IMG/VR virus record: IMGVR_UViG_3300025137_003799
Span: 1 to 64,000 of that record
DNA length: 64,000 bases
Direction: 5' to 3' (one strand)
From: a virus
Position numbers and translations under genes: made by a program
The notes under the pieces: model-generated
The model's database searches: none
What the model was told of the DNA's origin: nothing
What the model saw: the letters and a program-made list of their open reading frames with translations, nothing else
Shown: positions 59,662-64,000 of the stretch, piece by piece
Numbering within the stretch: position 1 is the first letter of the stretch
How the letters are laid out: the number at the start of each line of letters is the position of its first letter

Positions 59662-60511
59662 CTATTCTATCCTTAAGGCATAATTCCGGTTTTAGTAAAC
59701 TTTCTCTTACAATGTCTGCTTCATAACATTGTAGTTTTGATCCAAATACTACTTGGTGCGTGATCCATTGTGCGTTAAAGAACCATATATCACCCGGATC
59801 GAATGTAATATAATGTAGAGGATGATGGAACTGATCCCATCCTTTATCATTCCAAACGCATTTGTCTCTGATACCAGTTATAAATTTTTTTACATCTACT
59901 TCTGTTAGGCCTGCCAGTTCACATTCCTCATAATATTCTTGCCATAACTGTTCAACTGTGGGACCAAATGTTAAGATTCTAGGACGCTGATAATCCAAGT
60001 TTAGGAACATACGAATTTGTTGTTCATCACCAGTATGCTCTTCATCTAATTCATCTAGATGTAGTTTGTTTTCAACTAACATATTATAGCGGTGGCTCAG
60101 CATCTCATCTGTTGTTTTATAGCGAGGAAACAATTGATCAAATAACATTGACCATCCAACTGTTGACATTTTATGTCTGTTGTGAAACTCATCAATTTGT
60201 TTTTTATCCCAACCACGTTCTTCTTCAAGTCTAGTTCTATTCTTAATATGGCTGTTATACCAGGGCATGATCCATTTGTTTCCTTCGATTACCCAGTCTT
60301 CTAACTGATCGTAGTACTTGTAATCTACTCCGGATACTTTTAGACCTTTAATAACTACTGGCCATCCACTTTCAAAGGCAGTATATAATTCTTCACTGTC
60401 AGCAATTTCGCTTATGTCTTCGATATTAAATATCTTGACTTTGAAAGCCTCTCCTGCTATAGTATCTAAAGCAACTCTAGTCATCGTTTTCTCCATGTTT
60501 TTTGGTAGCAT
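59621..60511 (-). CDS. Kdo-hydroxylase (KdoO)-like Fe(II)/2OG dioxygenase
   Basis: LHLD, IRMFLNLD, FDPGDIWF and HQVVFG; start probably 60496 or 60484. Confidence 0.55.
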   Translation of the reverse strand: MLPKNMEKTMTRVALDTIAGEAFKVKIFNIEDISEIADSEELYTAFESGWPVVIKGLKVSGVDYKYYDQLEDWVIEGNKWIMPWYNSHIKNRTRLEEERGWDKKQIDEFHNRHKMSTVGWSMLFDQLFPRYKTTDEMLSHRYNMLVENKLHLDELDEEHTGDEQQIRMFLNLDYQRPRILTFGPTVEQLWQEYYEECELAGLTEVDVKKFITGIRDKCVWNDKGWDQFHHPLHYITFDPGDIWFFNAQWITHQVVFGSKLQCYEADIVRESLLKPELCLKDRIVALQETIQVQPDE

Positions 60512-60522
60512 AAATATTTATG
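60509..60522. promoter_or_regulatory. bidirectional late promoter palindrome CATAAATATTTATG
   Basis: perfect 14-bp palindrome between divergent genes. Confidence 0.6.
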
Positions 60523-60565
60523 TTAATACAAAACTCCCATCTTGTCAACCGGAAAGGTAATTTTT

Positions 60566-61636
60566 ATGAATCCTATTAATGCTTGGAGTGAGTTCCAACC
60601 ACTGAAACGTGTGGTTTTAGGATCTCCGTTCCCACCAGAAACATTTGATTGGCACAAGGACGAACAAACTCGCAGAGTTATGCGACAGATCTTTGAAGAG
60701 ACAGCCGAGGACATTAATGTGCTACAGGATATTCTAGAGGCTAGAGGCGTAGAAGTTGTACGTCCTAAGAATATATTTACAATCACTGGTGAAGAACAAA
60801 TACTATTACCCTGGATGCATTGTGGCTTTCCTAACCATCCATTAATGCCACGTGATACTCTAATGCCATATGGCAATACAATCTTCGAGTGTTACACGGG
60901 TAGCGACAATAGGTATTTTGAGAACTTAGCATATTACGAACATTGTAGTCAATGGTTTCGTGACGGTGCTGATTGGGTTAGTATGCCAGGAGCTCTAGTA
61001 GAAAGTGGTAAGAAGTATGACTACTTTGTTGCTAATAACCGAATACTTTTTCATGCGGCTAATATGATTAAGTGTGGACGTCACGTTTTGTTTAGCCAAC
61101 CCTATGAGGGAGACAATAAACGTGGTAAGGGAACTGAACTGGGCCGTGAATGGATTCAACGTGAAATAAAGTTGCGATATCCAGATACACAATTTTTGGA
61201 CATTCCAGTCGGAGGACACATTGATGGTAAAATAGCTTTACTAAAACCTGGCGTACTAATGACCTGGAATAAAAACTGGGTACCAGACGAAATGAAAAAC
61301 TGGCACATCATTGAAGTAGATGATGATCATGACATGCCAGAGGATTTTGTTAATACTCGTAAGCAAAGATTCTATACAGACTATGTAGAAAAGTGGCTAA
61401 CGCATTGGGTAGGGTATGCAGATGAAAGTGTGTTTGACGTAAATTGTTTGACTTTAGACGAAAAACATGTTATAATGACTGGTAAGAACTCTGTCGTAGA
61501 ACGACAGTTAGAGAAGTTAGGTATAACAGTAATTCACTGGCGTTTCCGCCACCAATACTTCTGGGACGGTGGAATACATTGCTTAACAAGTGATGTACGA
61601 CGTGAAGGAGATTGTGAGGATTATATAAATGGATGA
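60566..61636 (+). CDS. amidinotransferase, second copy
   Basis: EFQPLKRVVLG, MPRD, HIDG, FDVN and GGIHC. Confidence 0.85.
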   Translation: MNPINAWSEFQPLKRVVLGSPFPPETFDWHKDEQTRRVMRQIFEETAEDINVLQDILEARGVEVVRPKNIFTITGEEQILLPWMHCGFPNHPLMPRDTLMPYGNTIFECYTGSDNRYFENLAYYEHCSQWFRDGADWVSMPGALVESGKKYDYFVANNRILFHAANMIKCGRHVLFSQPYEGDNKRGKGTELGREWIQREIKLRYPDTQFLDIPVGGHIDGKIALLKPGVLMTWNKNWVPDEMKNWHIIEVDDDHDMPEDFVNTRKQRFYTDYVEKWLTHWVGYADESVFDVNCLTLDEKHVIMTGKNSVVERQLEKLGITVIHWRFRHQYFWDGGIHCLTSDVRREGDCEDYING

Positions 61637-61734
61637 AGTTATACTGTGGGAACACAGAAAGACATTGTTGAAGTGGATATGTATTAATAATTATTCACCT
61701 CGTCATGCATATTTAATTTTAATGGAGAAGGAAC

Positions 61735-61962
61735 ATGGGTGAAGTATTAAACTTCAAACCTAAAGAAATAGTATATATACTAAACTTTGTGAGCCCACAT
61801 CCGATACGCATGAATAAGGATGGAAGTGAAAGAATTAGACTAACACTTAATCGCAAAGACTTTACTACTGGAATCGGACAAGCATGGGTTCCAGCAATTA
61901 ATAAACGTATGGCAAAAGAGAAACTGTCGGACATGATTGATGTCTTGGAGTGGCTTGATTGA
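61735..61962 (+). CDS. hypothetical protein
   Basis: AAGGA RBS; stop overlaps the next TTG start. Confidence 0.55.
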   Translation: MGEVLNFKPKEIVYILNFVSPHPIRMNKDGSERIRLTLNRKDFTTGIGQAWVPAINKRMAKEKLSDMIDVLEWLD

Positions 61963-63209
61963 CATATAGAAATAAGTTTCTAGATAATACAGCACTACCA
62001 ACTTGTTTAGCACCCTGGCACACACTAACGGTGAAGTGGGGAGGTAACGTTGTACCTGATATTATATATAAAAATAAGTTGGGTAATATAAACAAGCAAA
62101 CTCTACAAGAGATACTTGAAGGTGATGCTGCTCGCGAGCTACGAACTGCACATCGAAATAGACAGATTCCAGATGTATGCAAAGGGTGTGCATCAAAAGA
62201 AAAGTCCGGCAGATCAAGACGTATGTTCTTCTGGGATAAACTTGATTGGGACGTTAGAATCCGCAGTAAGAATTTACAAGTGGATGATGTGCCTGATATT
62301 CGTTATCTAGACTTTACAGTTTCAAATAAATGTAATTTAAAATGTATACATTGTAATCCTTTTGTGTCAACAGGCTGGACTAAAGATGGTAAAAAATTAA
62401 ATAAAGAAATGCCTGAGTATTGGGAGAAAACACAGATAGGTTTTCATGGAGCTGAAACAACCTTCATGGATAATTTGTTTGCTAATCCTGAATACTTCCG
62501 TAACCTACAATGGGTTGCACTACGTGGCGGTGAGCCACTTTATGATGAACGTTGTATAGAGATCCTACAATGGTTTGTTGATGCTGGTCTAAGTCATAAA
62601 ATTATGCTGGACATATCAACTAACGCAACAGTATTCAATGATAACTTCCGTATATTGTTTGCACAGTTTAAACATGTTGAACTAATGGTTAGTGTGGAAG
62701 CAACAGATGAATTATATAGTATAATTCGAGGTGACACACATACATGGACGGATCTATTACAAAACATAGAACAATTTTATGAGATAGAAAACTTGGAAAT
62801 GGTTTTTGCTGTCACAGTTATGATTACCAATGTATTTGATTTACCAAATGTTTGGAAGTGGTTCAATAAATACCATGCAACTCGAGCAAGTATAAGTATG
62901 AGTAACGTTGTGGTTAACCCTACATATCTAAATATAGCAAACATGCCAGACAATTTAAAACAACAAGCACTGGAGAAGATAAAAGAAATACCCAGTGAAG
63001 CTATCTGGCCTGAAGGCAGTTACCATGCAGAAGAATTTGAATATCAAACTGGCATTGATGATATTCGTAAAGGACTACAAAGTGCTACAGCAGACGACAA
63101 ACAATGGCAATACTTCCTAAAGTATACAGATGATTTAGATCGTTTAAGAAATACTGATACATTAAAATTAATAAAGGAGATACAAGATGTCAGACAAAAC
63201 AGTTACTAA
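61959..63209 (+). CDS. radical SAM protein with N-terminal twitch-like region
   Basis: CLAPW, CKGC, CNLKCIHC and RGGEP. Confidence 0.88.
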   Translation: MTYRNKFLDNTALPTCLAPWHTLTVKWGGNVVPDIIYKNKLGNINKQTLQEILEGDAARELRTAHRNRQIPDVCKGCASKEKSGRSRRMFFWDKLDWDVRIRSKNLQVDDVPDIRYLDFTVSNKCNLKCIHCNPFVSTGWTKDGKKLNKEMPEYWEKTQIGFHGAETTFMDNLFANPEYFRNLQWVALRGGEPLYDERCIEILQWFVDAGLSHKIMLDISTNATVFNDNFRILFAQFKHVELMVSVEATDELYSIIRGDTHTWTDLLQNIEQFYEIENLEMVFAVTVMITNVFDLPNVWKWFNKYHATRASISMSNVVVNPTYLNIANMPDNLKQQALEKIKEIPSEAIWPEGSYHAEEFEYQTGIDDIRKGLQSATADDKQWQYFLKYTDDLDRLRNTDTLKLIKEIQDVRQNSY

Positions 63210-63381
63210 TCGTATGGCAGAATTAATGCAACCAATAGATCAACAAATTATGATGTGTGATGATAGAAATGATACACTAATGTTAGCATGTGCTATGTTG
63301 GAAAGATGCAAAACGATTCTAGATTACTCAATCGGTAAAGAAGGCCGTAGAGATATTATATCAGGAGCAAACGAAAGGTGA
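63187..63381 (+). CDS. hypothetical protein
   Basis: AAGGAG RBS. Confidence 0.6.
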   Translation: MSDKTVTNRMAELMQPIDQQIMMCDDRNDTLMLACAMLERCKTILDYSIGKEGRRDIISGANER

Positions 63382-64000
63382 ATCCAGACTTCCATAATCA
63401 TGGCAATAGTATATGGAACCAACCATTTATTGACCATTTAAATGAGAACTTTTGGCCCACAATAGATCCGGCACACTTGCCACAAGAAGCTGATAAATTT
63501 TTAGAACTATATCCAGAATGGATTTCATCAAGTAAATTAAATCAGTTCCGTGGAATGGAAGGCTTTGAACATCGGTTTGTGAGTCTGGGAGCAACACAGG
63601 GTTTGGACTGGTGGCATTACTGGTGCATGGCAAACGGATATCGTCTGCGTATGTACAGAGGAGAATATCCATATAATAGAGATGTATTATTGGAAGGACA
63701 ATGGACACATGATCGCTTTATTGGTGATCGTCCACTAGCAAAGGGAGATGCTGTTATAGTTAGTCTGCCCTTTAGTGGTTCAGGTCGCAAGCCTACTGAG
63801 TGGAAAAATTTAATTGCTACATGCAATGAGAATAATATTCCTGTATTTGTTGATTGTGCTTGGTTCGGAACATGTACAGATATTGAAGTTAAACTAAATC
63901 AAGATTGTATTAAAATGGTTGCATTTTCAACAACCAAAGGGTTGAGTTGTGGTAACTGGCGTGCAGGCATAGTCTTTAGTAGATTAAATGAAGGTAGTTT
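63378..64000 (+). CDS. PLP-dependent fold-type I enzyme (aminotransferase-like), runs off the window end
   Basis: manual translation from GTG 63378 gives GATQG, VFVDCAW and FSTTKGLS..WRAG; absent from the ORF track because there is no stop. Confidence 0.75.
   Translation, partial: MNPDFHNHGNSIWNQPFIDHLNENFWPTIDPAHLPQEADKFLELYPEWISSSKLNQFRGMEGFEHRFVSLGATQGLDWWHYWCMANGYRLRMYRGEYPYNRDVLLEGQWTHDRFIGDRPLAKGDAVIVSLPFSGSGRKPTEWKNLIATCNENNIPVFVDCAWFGTCTDIEVKLNQDCIKMVAFSTTKGLSCGNWRAGIVFSRLNEGS

Noticed and set aside
1-64000. Stop-codon reassignment as seen in some jumbo phages
   Set aside because: Recognisable genes are full length under the standard code, and TAA, TAG and TGA all serve as stops at tight gene junctions
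1-64000. tRNA, rRNA, CRISPR array, intron or intein
   Set aside because: Intergenic gaps are short; no cloverleaf, spaced direct repeats or split genes were noticed by eye (tRNAscan/Infernal not run)
1-64000. Bacterial chromosomal origin suggested by metK, folE, rpiB and htrA
   Set aside because: These genes are interspersed with phage-type clamp, RNase H, many small ORFans and TATAAATA boxes, and no cellular operon context is present

Overview
AT-rich, gene-dense 64 kb segment that looks like part of a large T4-like or jumbo tailed phage genome. Support: gp45-like sliding clamp, T4-type RNase H, thymidine kinase, dCMP deaminase, TATAAATA late-promoter boxes alongside near-consensus sigma70 promoters, and no rRNA, tRNA or cellular core operons. 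No capsid or tail genes are visible, and all product calls rest on motif recognition only. Three systems stand out. (1) 3.3-14.3 kb: a curli-type secretion module (CsgF, CsgG, two curlin-like proteins) interleaved with a FecR protein, a solo Fis-type HTH and an apparently active CHASE2 adenylate cyclase. (2) 20-31.5 kb: a 7-deazaguanine DNA-modification locus (DpdA/TGT-like, QueD-like, FolE, atypical QueE). It has no QueC in the window but has a GT-B glycosyltransferase embedded between QueD and FolE, suggesting a possibly undescribed glycosylated deazaguanine base. (3) 42-64 kb plus scattered genes: a large tailoring-enzyme arsenal with no visible scaffold synthase. It includes 8 SPASM/twitch-type radical SAM enzymes, about 6 Fe/2OG-type oxygenases, a flavin halogenase, 2 amidinotransferases, sulfotransferase-like proteins, a PLP enzyme and a carbamoyltransferase, supported by MetK and MTA/SAH nucleosidase. 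It may modify virion proteins or glycans.
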